Assembly (NCBI RefSeq): GCF_016432865.1 | Contig: NC_067399.1 | Span: 114,328,001 to 114,392,000, forward strand | Length of the DNA: 64,000 bases | Direction of reading: 5' to 3' | Source: Antechinus flavipes | Taxonomy: Eukaryota | In this document: positions 1 to 13,544 of the stretch, one piece after another | Numbering within the stretch: position 1 is the stretch's first letter | Layout of the letters: every line of letters begins with the position of its first letter | Translations under genes and position numbers: made by a program | Notes under the pieces: model-generated | Seen by the model: only the letters and a program-made list of their open reading frames with translations | Told to the model about the DNA's origin: nothing | Databases searched by the model: none

Positions 1-13
1 AACAATTTTCTCC

Positions 14-345
14 TTGCTAAGTTCAGCCCCTTTATATGTATCCTTGATCCCCTCCTTACTTCTCCAGAAAATTGTCACCACTATCCTTCCTACTTTCTCA
101 CCTTCAGTCTTTCTCTATTTACTGACTTCTTCCTTGTTCCCTACAAATACACTCATAGGCACCCCATCCTTGAAACACAAACCTCATTTGATCCTACTAT
201 CCTGGCAGCTATCATCCTCTATCTCTTCTCCCCTTCTTAGCTCAATTCCTCAAGAAAACTATCCATATATCTGGAGCCTCCACTTTTTCTCTCACTCACT
301 TCTATACATCTAGCTTCCAATTTCATCATTTAATTAATGACAACT
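14..345 (+). mobile_element. LINE-2 fragment
   Basis: Pyrimidine-rich decayed L2-like sequence (ctcttctccccttcttagct...ctccactttttctctcactcact). Confidence 0.45.
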
Positions 346-364
346 TTCTCCAAAGTTACCATTT

Positions 365-757
365 TATCCCCAATTATATGTTAAAACAACTTTAATCTTT
401 TTTTTAAATTTTGAGTTCCAAATTCTCTTTTTCCTCTAATTTTCCCCCTCCCCAGCTGCCATTGAGAAGGCAAGCAATTTGATATCGGTTATACATGTAT
501 AGTAATTTAAAATTTTCTACGTAAATCATTGTGAAAGAAAACACAAATTTAAAAAAAGAAAAGAAAAATAGAGTGCAGTTTCTTTGATCTGTCTTTAGGC
601 TTTTACCAGTTCTTTCTGTGGATTTGGACAATGCCTTTCATCAAAAGTCCTACAGAATTGTCTTGTATCATTGTATTGTGGAGAATAGCTAAGCTATCCA
701 TAGTAGATCATCAGATAATATTGCTAATTACTATATATATATATATATATATATATG

Positions 758-792
<35 letters not shown>

Positions 793-1275
793 TGTTCTTC
801 TGGTTCTGCTTATTTCACTTTTTATTAGTTCATGTAAGTCTTTTCATGGTTTTCTGAGGGCATTCTGGTCATCATTTCTTAAAGCATAGTATTCTGTTAC
901 AGCAACTTCCTGATGGATATCCCTTTTACTTTTCAATTCTTTGCCACTATTAAAAGAGCTGCTATAAATATTTTTGTACAGGTAGGTCCTTTTTCTTTTT
1001 TATTCCTTTGGGATACAAATCTAGTAATGTGGTCAGAGGGTATGCATGGTTTTATAGTCCTTTGGCCATAGTTGCAAATTGTTCTCCAGAGTGGTACAAC
1101 TTCACTAATAATATATTGGTTTTAATTTTCTCACATACCCTCCAACATGTTATTTTCTTCTCATAGTAGCCATTTTGACAGGTATGAAGTAATAGATCAG
1201 AGTTATTTTAATCTGCATTTCTTTCATCAATAGTGATTTGGATAATTTTTTTCCATGACTATTTATTCATGTTAT
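365..1275 (-). mobile_element. LINE-1 3' end (3' UTR and ORF2 C-terminal remnant)
   Basis: ttttttaaattttgagttccaaattctc... and ...aaaagagctgctataaatattttt... typical of antisense marsupial L1 3' ends. Confidence 0.7.
732..790. repeat. Compound (TA)~12(CA)15 microsatellite
   Basis: Read directly. Confidence 0.95.
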
Positions 1276-1289
1276 ATAAACTGTTCTAA

Positions 1290-1937
1290 GAAACCCACAT
1301 GTGCATAAATGTTTGTGGTAGCCCTTTTTGTAGGAGCAAGAAACTGGAAACTGGGTGGATACCCATCAATTGAAGAATGGCTGAATAAGTTATTGTATAT
1401 GAATGTTATAGAATATTATTGTTCTATAAGAAACAATCAGTAGGATGATTTTAGAGAAGCCTGGAGAGACCTACATGAACTGATGCTAAATGAAATGAAC
1501 AGATATACACAGCAACAACAAGATTATATGATGATCATTTCTTATAGATGTGACTCTTTCCAACAGTGACATGATTGAGGCCAGTTCCAATAATCTTGTG
1601 ATGAAGAGAGACATCTACACCCAGAGAAAGGACTGTGAGAAATGAGTGTGGACCACAACATAGCATTTTCACTCTTTTTGTTGTTGTTTGCTTACATTTT
1701 GTTTTCTTTGTCATTTCTTTCTTTTTTGATCTGATTTTTCTTGTGCAGCAAGACAATTTTATGAATATGTATACATATATTGGATAACATGTATTGTATT
1801 ACTTGCTATCTAGAGAAGGGGGTGAGGGAAAGGAGGGGAAAATTTGGAACATAAAGTTTTGCAAGAGTCAATGTCGAAAAATTATTCATGCTTATGTTTT
1901 GAAAATAAAAAGCTTTAATTTAAAAAAAGAAAAAAAA
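1290..1937 (+). mobile_element. LINE-1 3' end with A-tail
   Basis: ORF2 C-terminal remnant (ccatcaattgaagaatggctgaataagtt), 3' UTR and A-rich tail at ~1921-1937. Confidence 0.75.
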
Positions 1938-2194
1938 ACTGTTCTCCTGACTCTATTTACTTCAATCTGCTTCAGTTAATTTAAGGCTTCCTGGGATTCT
2001 ATGAAATTATCTCCTTCATAAATTCATACAGCATAATAATATTCTATTACATTCATTTATCATACTTTGATCAGCCATTCTCAAATTGGTGGGCACTGCC
2101 TCAATTTCCAATTGTTTGCTACCATAAAAAGCTGCTATAAATATTGTTGTGCATCCCTAGTTTGTTTTGCTTAGACCTAAGCTTTTTGGATTCT

Positions 2195-2428
2195 TTAGGT
2201 GGCACAGTGGATAATGTGCTGAGCCTGAGTCAGAAAGACTCATCTCCCAATTTCAAATCTGGCCTTAGACAATTACTAGTTGTGTTTCCCTTAGCAAGTC
2301 ACTTCACTCTGTTTGCCTCAGTTTCTCATCTGCAAAATGAGCTGTCAAGACATTCCAGTATCTTTAAAAAAGAAAACTCCAAAAGAATCACAAAGCAGTC
2401 AGACACAATTGAAAAAGACTGGAAAACA
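2195..2428 (+). mobile_element. MAR1-like CORE-SINE
   Basis: tRNA-like head taggtggcacagtggata, CORE gcaagtcacttcactctgtttgcctcagtttctcatctgcaaaatgag, RTE-like tail ccagtatcttt...agacacaattgaaaa. Confidence 0.75.
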
Positions 2429-3049
2429 AATCCCCTCCTTAATCTATCATTCCTCTTATTCCTCCCTCTTCCTTCTATTTTCTTCATTTCTCTTGTTGAA
2501 TGTGCCTAAATATATATGTGTGTTTTTTCCTTTGATTAATTCAAATGGGAAGTTCAAGTGTCACATGCTCCCCACTCCTCCTTCATCCTTGTTTGTACAG
2601 ATTTCTACTTGCATATACCCTGATGAAATGAGATTTATCCTTCATCTCTCTCACCTGTATTCCTCTTCTCCTCCTTTTCAATTTTTCTTTTAAGATCAAG
2701 ACAAAAATAGCATAATTCTTGGGTCTTCTAATTAGACTCCTTCTATGACTCCTGATGATGGAGTTCAGAAGGGACAAATAGCATCTTCCTGTATTAGAAC
2801 ATAGAAATTATCACACAGCTAGTGTCTGAGAGTGGGTCAAGTGTCTCACATTTACCTTTTAATATTTCTCATGATTTTTGTGCTTGCACTTCAAATTCTT
2901 ATGCAGCTCTGGTCTTTTTATCAGGAATGCATTGATGTCCTCCATTTTCTTAAAGATGTCTTCTTCCCCCATAAGATTATACTCAGTTTTACCGGTTAAG
3001 TTATTCTTAGTTGTGAGCTTATATTCTTTTGTTTTCTGAAATATATCAT

Positions 3050-4342
3050 TCTAAACTTCCTATTCCTTGTGTTCCTCCAACTATTTCATTTCATGATTTC
3101 ACCAGCTCTCATGGTTTCAACTCTATCTCTATAGATGATTGTCTGATCTATTTGTTCAGCTTTAACTTCTCTTCTAAACTCCAGTCTTACTTCTCCAGCC
3201 TATGTAACATCTTGAACTGGACATTGCATAGACATCTTAAATTCAATATATCTAACACTGAACTCATTATTCTTTCCCTTATATCCACTCCTTTTCCGAA
3301 CTCTATTACTATCAAATGTGCCACTTTTTCTCAATTACCCAGGCACCTAAACTAGGCATCATCCTCAACTCTTTAATCTCAACCAACATATTCAATCAGT
3401 GGCCAAGTCTTCTTGTTCCTACCTTCATAACATCTTTCCTATATGATCCTTTTTCTCTTCTTCCAACCTCACTCCTAACTACATATGCAACAGCCTGATG
3501 ATTGGTCTCCTTGCCGTTAAGTCTTTCTCCACTCCAATCTTTTACTGGGCTATCAAAATGCGTTTCCTAAATTCAGGTTTGACCATATCACCCTCTACCC
3601 AATTTAACACATTTCAGCAGCTTCTATTGACTACATATCATATACTGTTTGGCTTTTAAAGCTCTTTTATATCCTAGGCATCTCCTACTTTTTCAAGTCT
3701 TGATACAAAGTTATTACAGTGTTTTGCCATTTCCTTCTCCAGTAGAATAAGACAAATAGAGGTTAAGTCACTTGCCTAAGGTTGTACAACAAGTAATTGT
3801 GTGAGGCTAGATTTGAACTTAGGTCTTCTTTAAGCCAAGCCTAACATTCAATTCACTGGGCCATCTAGCTGCCCCCAATATACCTTATTCTCCTTCATAT
3901 ATTCTGTGATCCAATGACACTTGCATTCTTACTCTTCCTAGTATACGATCCACTATCTTCTAACTCCAAGCATTTTTACTGGCTGTTCCTAAAATATAGA
4001 ATGCTCTCCCTCCTCTTATCTACCTCCTAGATTCTTGGGTTTCCTTCATGTCTTAAAGTCTTACCTTCTACAATAAGCCTTTTCCAGTCCTTCTTAAACT
4101 TGGCACCTTTCCTCTGAGATTATCCTCAATGTGTATGTGTATATGTGTGTGTTTGTGTGCATACATGTGTAATTTGTACATAATAGTTTTAATGTTATCT
4201 TCCTCCATTAAATTGGGAGCTTCTTGAGAGCAGAAACTTGGGGGGGGGGAGGGAAGAGGTGGCTTTCTTTGTATTTTCAGCACTTTGCACAGGGTTTTAA
4301 GTACATAGTAGACACTTAAGAGACACTATTTGTCTGACTGAA
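3050..4342 (+). mobile_element. LINE-2 3' region, interrupted by a MIR/MAR1 (-) at ~3700-3880
   Basis: L2 landmarks such as ctaacactgaactcattattctttccc and the terminal ...catagtagacactta...tttgtctgactgaa. Confidence 0.6.
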
Positions 4343-4917
4343 GTTTGAGTAGTAGTTATAAATTGTGAGTAATCTTGACTGTGGTCCCTCAATACTTGAA
4401 TTTTTTCTTTCTGGATGATTGGAGTATTTTTTCTTTGATCTGAACAATCTGGATTTGGGGAGTTTTCTTTTTTGAGGTTCCTTTTAGGAGGTGACTAATG
4501 GATTCTTTCTATTTATACTTTGTCCTCTGGTTCTAAGAGATAAGAACAATTTTCTTTTATGATTTTTTAAAATGTAGTATCTAGACTTTTTTTGGTTATG
4601 GCTTTTAGGTAATCTAATGATTTTTAAATTATCTTTTCTTGATGTGTTTTCCATATCTTTGCTTCGATTTTGCTATGAGATGTTTTACATCTTCTTTTAT
4701 TTTTTTTCAGTCTTCTAACTTTAATGCTTCTTGTTGTCTCATGGAGTCATTGGCTTCCATTTGATCCACTGTCGTTTTTAGGAAATTTGTTGGTTGGTTA
4801 GGTTTTTGCATCTTTTGTGCCATCTGTTCAATTTCTTTCCAATCCTTTCTGTTATAACTCTCATTTCTTTTTTTATAATATTTCCCCCCAATTATATGTT
4901 AAGATAATTTTTTTACC

Positions 4918-5069
4918 TTTTTTTTTTTTTTCCTGCTGAGACAATTGAGATTAAGTGACTTGCCCAGGATCACACAGCTAGGAAGTGTTAAGTGTCTGAG
5001 ACCAGATTTGAACTCAGGTACTCCTGACTTCAGGGCTGGTGCTCTATCTACTGTGCCACCTAGCTGCCC
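4918..5069 (-). mobile_element. WSINE1-like SINE (relatively young)
   Basis: Reverse complement GGGCAGCTAGGTGGCACAGTAGATAGAGCACCAGCCCTGAAGTCAGGAGTACCTGAGTTCAAATCTGG...ACTTAACACTTCCTAGCTG...AAAA. Confidence 0.85.
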
Positions 5070-6974
5070 TTTAGCATTCATTTTTACAAGATTTTGAGTT
5101 CCAAATTTTTCTCCTTTCCTCACTTTTTGCATGTATTATCATATAAAACATATTTCCATATTAGTTACAGTTGTAAAAGAAAAAATAAATCAAAAGGGGG
5201 AAAAACAAAAAATAACAAAGTGAAAATAAATATGCATCAATATACATTCAGAGTCCATAATTCTTTAATTGGATATGGATAGTATTTTCCTTTGTGAGCC
5301 CTTTGTGTTATAAAGAGCTGAGTCACAATATTCCTGATACAATATATAATGTTTTCCTAGTTCTACACATTTTACTTTGCATTGGTTCACACAAGTCTCT
5401 CCAGATTTCTCTGAAATTTGCCTATTTATCATTTTTTATTGCAAAATAGTTTTCCATTATATTCAAACACCACACATTATTTAGCAATTGCCCAATTAAT
5501 GAGCATCTCCTTAGTTTTTCAAGATTTTGCCACTATGAAAAGGGCTACTATAAATATTTTTGCACACATAGGTCCTTTTCCCCTTTTTAATGATCTCTTT
5601 GAGATATAGACCTAGGAATGATATTTCTGAATCAAAGGAGGGTGCAATTTGGTTTCCCTTTGAGCATGGGGAACTGCTCTATAGAACAGTTGGATCAGTT
5701 TACAACTCCACCAACAATGCAATAGCATCCCAATTTTCCACATCCTTTCCAACATTTATCATTTTCCTTTTTTGGATATTAATCAATCTGATAGGTGTGA
5801 AAACTTCATCTGAAACTGCCTATTCATATCCTTTTACTTTTTATCTATTGGGAAATTGCTTATAATTTTGGCTCAGTTCTCTATATATTGGAGAAATGAG
5901 GCCTTTATCTGAGACACTTTCTATAAAGATTGTTTCCCAACTTTTTGATTTTCTTCTAAACTTGGTTTTGTTTGTACAATTAATTTAACATGTACAAAAT
6001 TATCTATTTTATATTTCATAATGCTTTCTATTTCTGACTATTCTTTGCTCTTCTAATTTCTTTATTTTCCCCCTTTATATTGAACTCATGTGCCCATTTG
6101 GACCTTATCTTGGTAGACTGTGTAAGATGTTGATATATATCTAGTTTGTGTCTATTGTTTTTCAGTTTTCCCACAGGTTTTTGTCAAATAGTGTGTCCTT
6201 ATCCCAAAAGCCAGAGTTTTAGGTTTATCAAACACAAGGCTACTATAATCTAATACTAGATAGTTTTTATTGTTTCTCAGCTTTCTGCTTTCCTTCTAAT
6301 CTTGGTTGTATTAGCTTTGTTTGTACAAAAAGTTTTTATTTTAATATGATCAAAATTCTGTATTTTATATTTTATGTATTCTTTACTCTTATTGGGTCAT
6401 GATTTCTTCCTTTCCCCATAGATGGGACAGGTAGACTATCCCTTGGATATATTTACACACACGCACACATATACACATGCATGAATATATATATATATAT
6501 CTATAATCACATACATATATTTATTCATATACATCTATGTAATATTATTTTACACTTGTTTGTCTTCCCTTTCTTTGAAGGTGGATAACATCATCCTTCT
6601 TAGGTTCAAATCTTTCCATATTTTCCTAAATCCATCAATTCATCATTGCCTATACCATAGTAATATTCCAACCTTATACTATTTAATTGTTTTAGTCTAA
6701 AACAATATTAACTAATATGGCTGACATATAGTAGAGTTTCCCTAATTTTTCTCTTTTGATTGAATCTATTTTAACTTTAACTTTGTCTGAGATGAATGAT
6801 TATTACCCTTACTTTTTCCCCAATAAATTCTACTCCTGATCATTATTATGTTTCTGTGTATCTTTTCTTTCCTGTTCCTGCGACTCCTCTACTTTACTTC
6901 TACCCACTACCTTACCCTGCTATTACTTTACCTATCCTACCTCTAAGGATCCTTCTCTTGTTTTTTCCTCCTAA

Positions 6975-7123
6975 TTTTTTTTTTTTTTAAGTTGAGGTAA
7001 TTAGGGTTAAGTGACTTGCCCAGAGTCACATAGCCAGGACGTAAGTGACTGAGGCAGATTTGAACTCAGATTCTCCTGACTTCAGGGCTGATGCTCTATC
7101 TACTATATCAACTAGTTGCCCCC
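6975..7123 (-). mobile_element. WSINE1-like SINE
   Basis: Same family as 4918-5069; poly-T at left end. Confidence 0.8.
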
Positions 7124-9699
7124 AGTTGCACTTTTTAAGGAGTTGTTTTCTTTAGTAGACTTTTGTATCTCTTTTTCCATTTGGCCAATTCTATTCTTTT
7201 AAGCAATTTTGCTTTCTTTTTCCAATCTTTTTTTTCATAATTCTCTCACATCAGTCTTATTTTCCCCTCAATTTTTCTTCTACCTTTCTTATGTGATTTT
7301 TAAATGTCTTTCTAAGATCTCCTATGAACTCCTTCTGGGCTTGAGACCACTTCCCATTTTTCTTTGGGTTTTGCCAGTAGTTATTTTGACATTATTTTGA
7401 CATTATCCTTTTCTGAGTTTGTCTTTATCTTTCTTGTTATCATAATCATTTTCTATGATTAGATTCTTTTGGGGGCTTTCTTTTGTTTTTTGGGGAGGAT
7501 CTTTTTCTTTTAAATTTGAGCTCTGCTCCCAGAGTAGAAAGAGTACTCTCAATCTTCTTGTGCTAGGGAATGCAGGCCCTGGCTATTTATCTGGTACTGC
7601 ACTAAATTTGCCCTGAGGCCCATGGGGGAACCCTCATGTCTGGTACTATACTGAGGAAGTAGGGTGGGGGGGGGGGGGGGTTTGGCTGAAGTTGCTGGAG
7701 GTCATAAAGGTCTGATAGCTTATCTACTGCTGAGCTGGGATCCTACAGTTGGTATCTGATATGTGCTGAGGCCTTAAGGTGTTTCTGTGTTTTCCCCAGG
7801 ATAAAATGAAGCACACAGAGGTCTAGATAGCTAGCAGCTGCTTGTTTACCCAAGGCTACACTGAAGTACTGTAGCTTGCTCTTTGCTTAAGGGTTAGTAT
7901 GTTTGTCCACAGCTATTGTGACTCACAATAGAGGTTCTTAGAGCTGGAGTCTTAACTGTTCCCCTATTTTGAGGCATATGATGGGAATGGAGGTTCCAAT
8001 TGAAGTTTATCCCCTCCACTGCACTGGGGCTCTGGATCTTCCACTGTTTTGCTGAGGTGGGATTTGCTACCGAGAGTCTTCTGGTCCTGAACTGCACTCT
8101 TCTTTTAGCCAAATAAGACAGACCTTTTCTGCCCATTTTCCAAGTTTTGGGGGTTCAAAGATTGTTTCACTTTGTCTTTTTGCTGGTTTTGCTGTCCCAT
8201 GATTTGCTGAAGGGAGCGGAGTATTGCAGCATTTTATGACTGGAGGTAAATAAAGGAGAATTACAGTGATTTACTACTTACTCCATCATCTTGGCTCCCA
8301 TCTCTTTTCTGATTTTTTTTTCTCTAGCACTAACTTGATTAAAAAAACCAAAAACTCTTGCTTTATTTCTTCTAGAAATTCTATTGAATATGTGCCCAAG
8401 TTATGCTTTTCTTAAGGCTTTATTTGTATATGTCTTGGAGTCATTCTTTTAGTTTTATGTTTTGAACTTCTCTGTCATGTTTTTTATGGTAGGATTGTTT
8501 TTTTCTTCTAGCCTACTGACTTCAGACTTTTCATTTTTTCATTTTTTCATTTTCCCACTACTAAAAGGAATGGATGGGTTGCTCTCTTGGGGTACTGATT
8601 ATTGTGTTATTCTAAGATTTCAGGAATAACTCAGATTGGGGACCTACAAGCTTTCAATGATCTCAAAGTGGTTTGATCTAGGATAAAATCTGATTTCTAC
8701 CCTCCTGGTCAGAACTCTGGAAGTTCCTGATCTAGGGACTGTATCCGTTTAGTTTCTAGTGTGCTTAGAATTAGTTTACCACCAGGATGCCAAAAATCTG
8801 CTAGCGTAGAGTAACAGAACTGGTCTGATAGTCTTGCGGTGGTAATTCCACTGAAGTATTTCCATTGGGTTGGAAGTTAGACTACTGGGGACCAAGCCAC
8901 ACAGCAGCAGTTTACCGCTAAACTTGTTCTTTACTCAGGACACATCCTAGTGCCTAATGCAACTGCTCCTTTTAGAATGCTACACTTACGTATCACTCCC
9001 TGGATCTTTGATCCAAATCTGGGTAGAAAGAGCTATTAGTTTTCACCTATTCCTAAACTCTGAACAAATTTTAAGTCCTTCTAGGCTAGATTTATACCTC
9101 TTCTTTCTTTGGTACAAAGTCTCTTTCTGTGCTGGAATGTTTTGCATAGCCTTTACTCATCAGATCCTGTCTCTAGTTTCCACAAACTTATCTCCCAAGA
9201 TTGGCTGAAAAAATTACTGTGATTTCTGTTGGATTTTCTTATCAGGATTCAATCTGGTATGTTTTCTATATCTGTTTAGAGGAACTGGGGTAGGGGTAAA
9301 GAGGTAGCCTCACAGTATTTCTTTCTTCTACTTTATCATCTTGGCTCTGTCTCCCTCTCTAGTCTACTTTATTCCTCTCAATACACTCAAAAATTTAGTG
9401 ACACTGATCCTCTTGCAGTCCCTCAACCACATCACTCCCTCTTACCTCTCTTTGTTCTATTTCTTCACCTCTAATTCTTAGTTCTTCTAGCTTTCTTCAT
9501 GGATGAACTCAGTTCTTGCCTTTTATGGGAAGCTTTCCCCAGAAAACACTTTTCCTTCCCTTTCCACATTACACATTAAGACTTTTGAGACACAATATCC
9601 ACATTGGTTTGTTGTCCTTTGTTCTTAAAGGGAACCAAAATGACATGACTGTCAAGTTAGATCTATGGCTAATCAGATCAATATGAGCCTAAAAGAGTA

Positions 9700-10309
9700 T
9701 CTCCTGGGAGGATAAAAGGTTCCCCTATTGACCCTTTGCTTTCTATAATTCTCTCATTATAGGTGCAACTATTAATAGGCTAAATCCTTGTCCAGATACC
9801 CAATTTATGTTTAAGGAAAGGTTCCTGGGCCAGGCAGAGACGGGGGAAAATTAACTTCTTTATAAGTTCAGGTGCTTAAAATAACATGTAAAACAAAAGC
9901 TTTATTGAATACAATGGGGAAAGAAGAAAAAGAGATCTGATATAAAACTCAGGCATACATATTAACTGAGTCTATCTTCTACAGGAGTAGTGCAGCACTG
10001 AGTAGTAAAGAGATATAAGTTTATTAAGGAGGAAGGTGTGCTCCTACTGAAAGGGAGAATATGTTCGGGTCCCTCTGAGAGGGGTTCTTTTACTGATTTT
10101 AAATGATCTTCCTGGAGCTGATTCATTTGCATATCAGGAATCAGGGCAAAATATTTTGGGGGTATATATTTATCAAGGAGAAAAAAACTTGGCTGGATAT
10201 TCTCTTTACATGATAAGGAGACCAAAAATAATCAGAATATGGGTAGGAAGCAGAGCCCTTTCATTACACATTGTCTTTATAGAAGCAAGTTTCTCTGTTT
10301 CCCCCAACA
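9700..10309 (-). mobile_element. Probable solo LTR (left boundary uncertain)
   Basis: Minus strand begins TGTTGGGGGAAA at 10309; minus-strand AATAAA (ctttattg at ~9900); non-LINE composition. No TSD resolved. Confidence 0.45.
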
Positions 10310-11149
10310 TTAGGCAAAACATGTTACACCTACTATGAGAATGGGGCTCCCATTGGTCAGACCTTCACTGCATATGTATTATTTACATGTTCACTAATTA
10401 GAATGTATAGTCCAAGAACAGACACCTTTTGTATTCCCAGCACTTAGAACTAAGTGGCACACAGTAAAAAAAGAATGGCCTGATGGACAGACTGAGGCAC
10501 ACCATCTTAACTTTGAAAGCTGGGAACTCATCCTGATCATGGGATTTGTATGCTGACCCATTGTATGCTATTATTTTGTTTGCTTTAATTTCATCTTATT
10601 GGTAATGAGAGCTTGAGTATCCAGTCATATATGGTTGCCTCATTACAGCCTTTTGAGGGTAGAATGTAGAATGAGAATGAGAACAGTAGAATGAGAATTT
10701 TAAAAATCCTCTGGTTCAAAGGATCTTTGCAATCATGTCTAGTAGGCTGACTATTCTAAATACATTTCCCTTTCCTATAACCCAATGCTCAGTAAATTTA
10801 CTAACTTGCTAGTAAAACCCCAACATCTCCAGGCCTCTGACAATAGAAGGGGGTTACTAATCAGATGTGCCTAAGTGGGTCTTAGTGACTATAGCCTTCC
10901 TATATAACCCAAGTTTCTTTCCTATTTTGTTACTAACACAGTGATTGAGCTGTAGACTCTTGTAGAATATCAGGTTATCTCTTCTGCTCCATCTTTGGAA
11001 GTTAGCTCTTGGCCCCAAAGCTGCCTTGGTAGGGGAAATGAAGACCAAGTTCTCTCCCTATGTTACCAGTCCCTATGTCTTTTCTCCATTAAAATATTCC
11101 AAATGAGATTTGATAAGTCTGCAAAACCACAGCAGCAGCCTGAGAAATA

Positions 11150-11560
11150 TTTTAAAAGATGACTCATCTAATGATTAAACCTCTATGCTTTAATATTTAC
11201 CTTCATGAGTTGCTGTGGAAGAAAACTTCCAATACTTGTAGTCAACTTTAGTCTTCTCCAAACTTGAATAATCAAAGCTTTTCAGGTTAGCTTTTCAAGC
11301 TAGCAATTGGTACTGACATCATGGCCTTTGATAACCTAGGCTGGTCTGCATACCATAAGAATAAGACATAAATGGACACAACGGAAAGTTGAACAAACTG
11401 ATAGAACTGTCAGGATTCCTGACATAGTTTGTAACATTCATGCTCCCCTTTCTGTAATTGGGACTTTTGGCTTTTTCATATTTCAAGATCACTGGCAATA
11501 GCTTAGCCATCTTCTCTGTTCTTTCCAGTTGCTAGGAAACAGTTTTGTCTTACACCTCTT
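11150..11560 (-). mobile_element. Decayed LINE reverse-transcriptase fragment (CR1/L3 or L2 clade)
   Basis: Minus-strand remnants resembling KKG..N(Y)R..SL and KAFD RT motifs, with frameshifts. Confidence 0.4.
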
Positions 11561-11946
11561 TATAGTCATAAATCCTGCCATGTACTTGATGTTAATTGGT
11601 AAGTAAATTTGGTGGAAGGGTATCATATATCAACTTTTGTATTAACAGACTCAATTCACTCTTCTAAGTTTCCTCTTAGAATTAACATTACAAGTATCTT
11701 GAACTAATCAAGATTTCTATTGACCCTTTGGACTCTGCCACCATGCCTCAACTACCTTATCTTGAAAGTCCCCTCAATGCCTTTGCTCTCCTGGCTCTGG
11801 AGTTTCCCTCAAGGAATTTTTCCCAGAATCTTTGAAGAAAGGAGGAGGCCATTCACCCTTCCTCTTCATCATCTTCTGACTTGTCTAATCTTTATACTCT
11901 CTCCTGAGTTCTCTCAACCCTTTTAACTTTGTCATTTTGAGACATC

Positions 11947-12239
11947 CTACATCCCTATTGTCCTCTTCTCTCATTAATGAGTTTCTCCAAGAACCTCCAC
12001 TTTGAGGAAAGGCTCAGGTAAATCATGTCTTATTCCTCCTCAGGCTCTGGTTCTCAATTTAGCCAAGATGAATTTTCAGTTTTCTTTTATGTGTTATTGT
12101 CCACCATTATATTTCCTCAAAGGCACTGGTTGTCTCTCTTTTGGGATTGTATTTTTATTCCCAGAATCAAGCAAAATTAACTTTCTTTGAACATAATCCT
12201 TAATGTTTGCTAACTTGACAAAGTGAATATACATGGGTT
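11947..12239 (+). repeat. 293-bp dispersed duplicate, copy 1
   Basis: Matches 13252-13544 except for three substitutions. Confidence 0.95.
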
Positions 12240-13251
12240 TTGAAAGGTAACTTATGATGCCACATCAGCACCACAGGTTATACTTAGATAACTTCTCGTG
12301 CTTATTCAACAAACATTAAACATCTACCCATATCTACACAGTGTATATATGTGAGTGCTTTTTGTTTTTTGATGCCCAAATATGCCAAGATATTCACTTA
12401 CAACATACATTTAAATTAGGGTTAGGAAATTTTTTGGTAAAGTTTTATTATTGTTTTGGTACTCTGAAATAGCTTGCTCCTCAGAACAGCAAATCAAATA
12501 AGGAGGCAAACATCCACTGTCAGGCACTGACCGGGATACAAAGACAAAAGACATTTCTGCCCTTAAGGAGCTTGCTTACGTTCTAATGAGGGAAACCATA
12601 CCCACCCTAGCCCCACATCCCCACACTCCCCCTCAGCCCCATCAATAGAAATCTTTAAGTAAACACCAGATAGGTGATCACTTGGAAATTTAGAGATTGT
12701 GGCTTCAGCAAAGTATTGGTTAAGATGAACTCAGGTCATTTTCAGATATATGGGACTATGATTCTATGATAAACGATAAATTTCACATAGCACAGGTGGG
12801 AAGGTCATTTAATATCTCTGACAAAGTTTTCTCATCTGTAGAATGGGAATAGCACTTACTTCCCAAGGCTGTTGGGAGGATGAAAGTTAACTATAAAATG
12901 TAAACCTTAAGTGTTACATGATTTTTATTATTACTGCCAACTTTAGTTTACTATTCAAACTATGTACTCCTTTTATCAATGTAATTCTTGATGTCTTCTC
13001 AATGGTACTACAATACTACTGAACTATAAGAAATGATGACTTGGGTTCTTTTTAGGGGAAAAAACAACAACATGGATAGACTTGCTGGAAATAATGGAGA
13101 GTGAAATAAGCAGAACCAAGAGAATAGTGTATATAATAACATCAATACTGTTTAACAACTGTGAATTATTGTGAATATGATACTCAAATCAACTACAAAA
13201 GACCCATGAAAAAAGATGCTATCCATCTTGTGAACTCTTATTGAAAGTATG

Positions 13252-13544
13252 CTACATCCCTATTGTCCTTTTCTCTCATTAATGAGTTTCTCCAAGAACC
13301 TCCACTTTTAGGAAAGGCTCAGGTAAATCATGTCTTATTCCTCCTCAGGCTCTGGTTCTCAATTTAGCCAAGATGAATTTTCAGTTTTCTTTTATGTGTT
13401 ATTGTCCACCATTATATTTCCTCAAAGGCACTGGTTGTCTCTCTTTTGGGATTGTATTTTTATTCCCAGAATCAAGCAAAATTAACTTTCTTTGAACATA
13501 GTCCTTAATGTTTGCTAACTTGACAAAGTGAATATACATGGGTT
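13252..13544 (+). repeat. 293-bp dispersed duplicate, copy 2, embedded in an L1 3' fragment
   Basis: Offset 1305 nt from copy 1; flanked on both sides by L1 3'-end sequence (~13000-13250 and ~13545-13840). Confidence 0.95.

Larger units (their letters stand above)
4350..9340 (-). mobile_element. Cluster of fragmented, nested antisense LINE-1 (3' UTR, ORF2, ORF1 and 5' UTR pieces)
   Basis: T-rich antisense L1 ORF1/ORF2 remnants and a 3' UTR at ~4875-5900, interrupted by two WSINE1-like SINEs. Confidence 0.6.
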
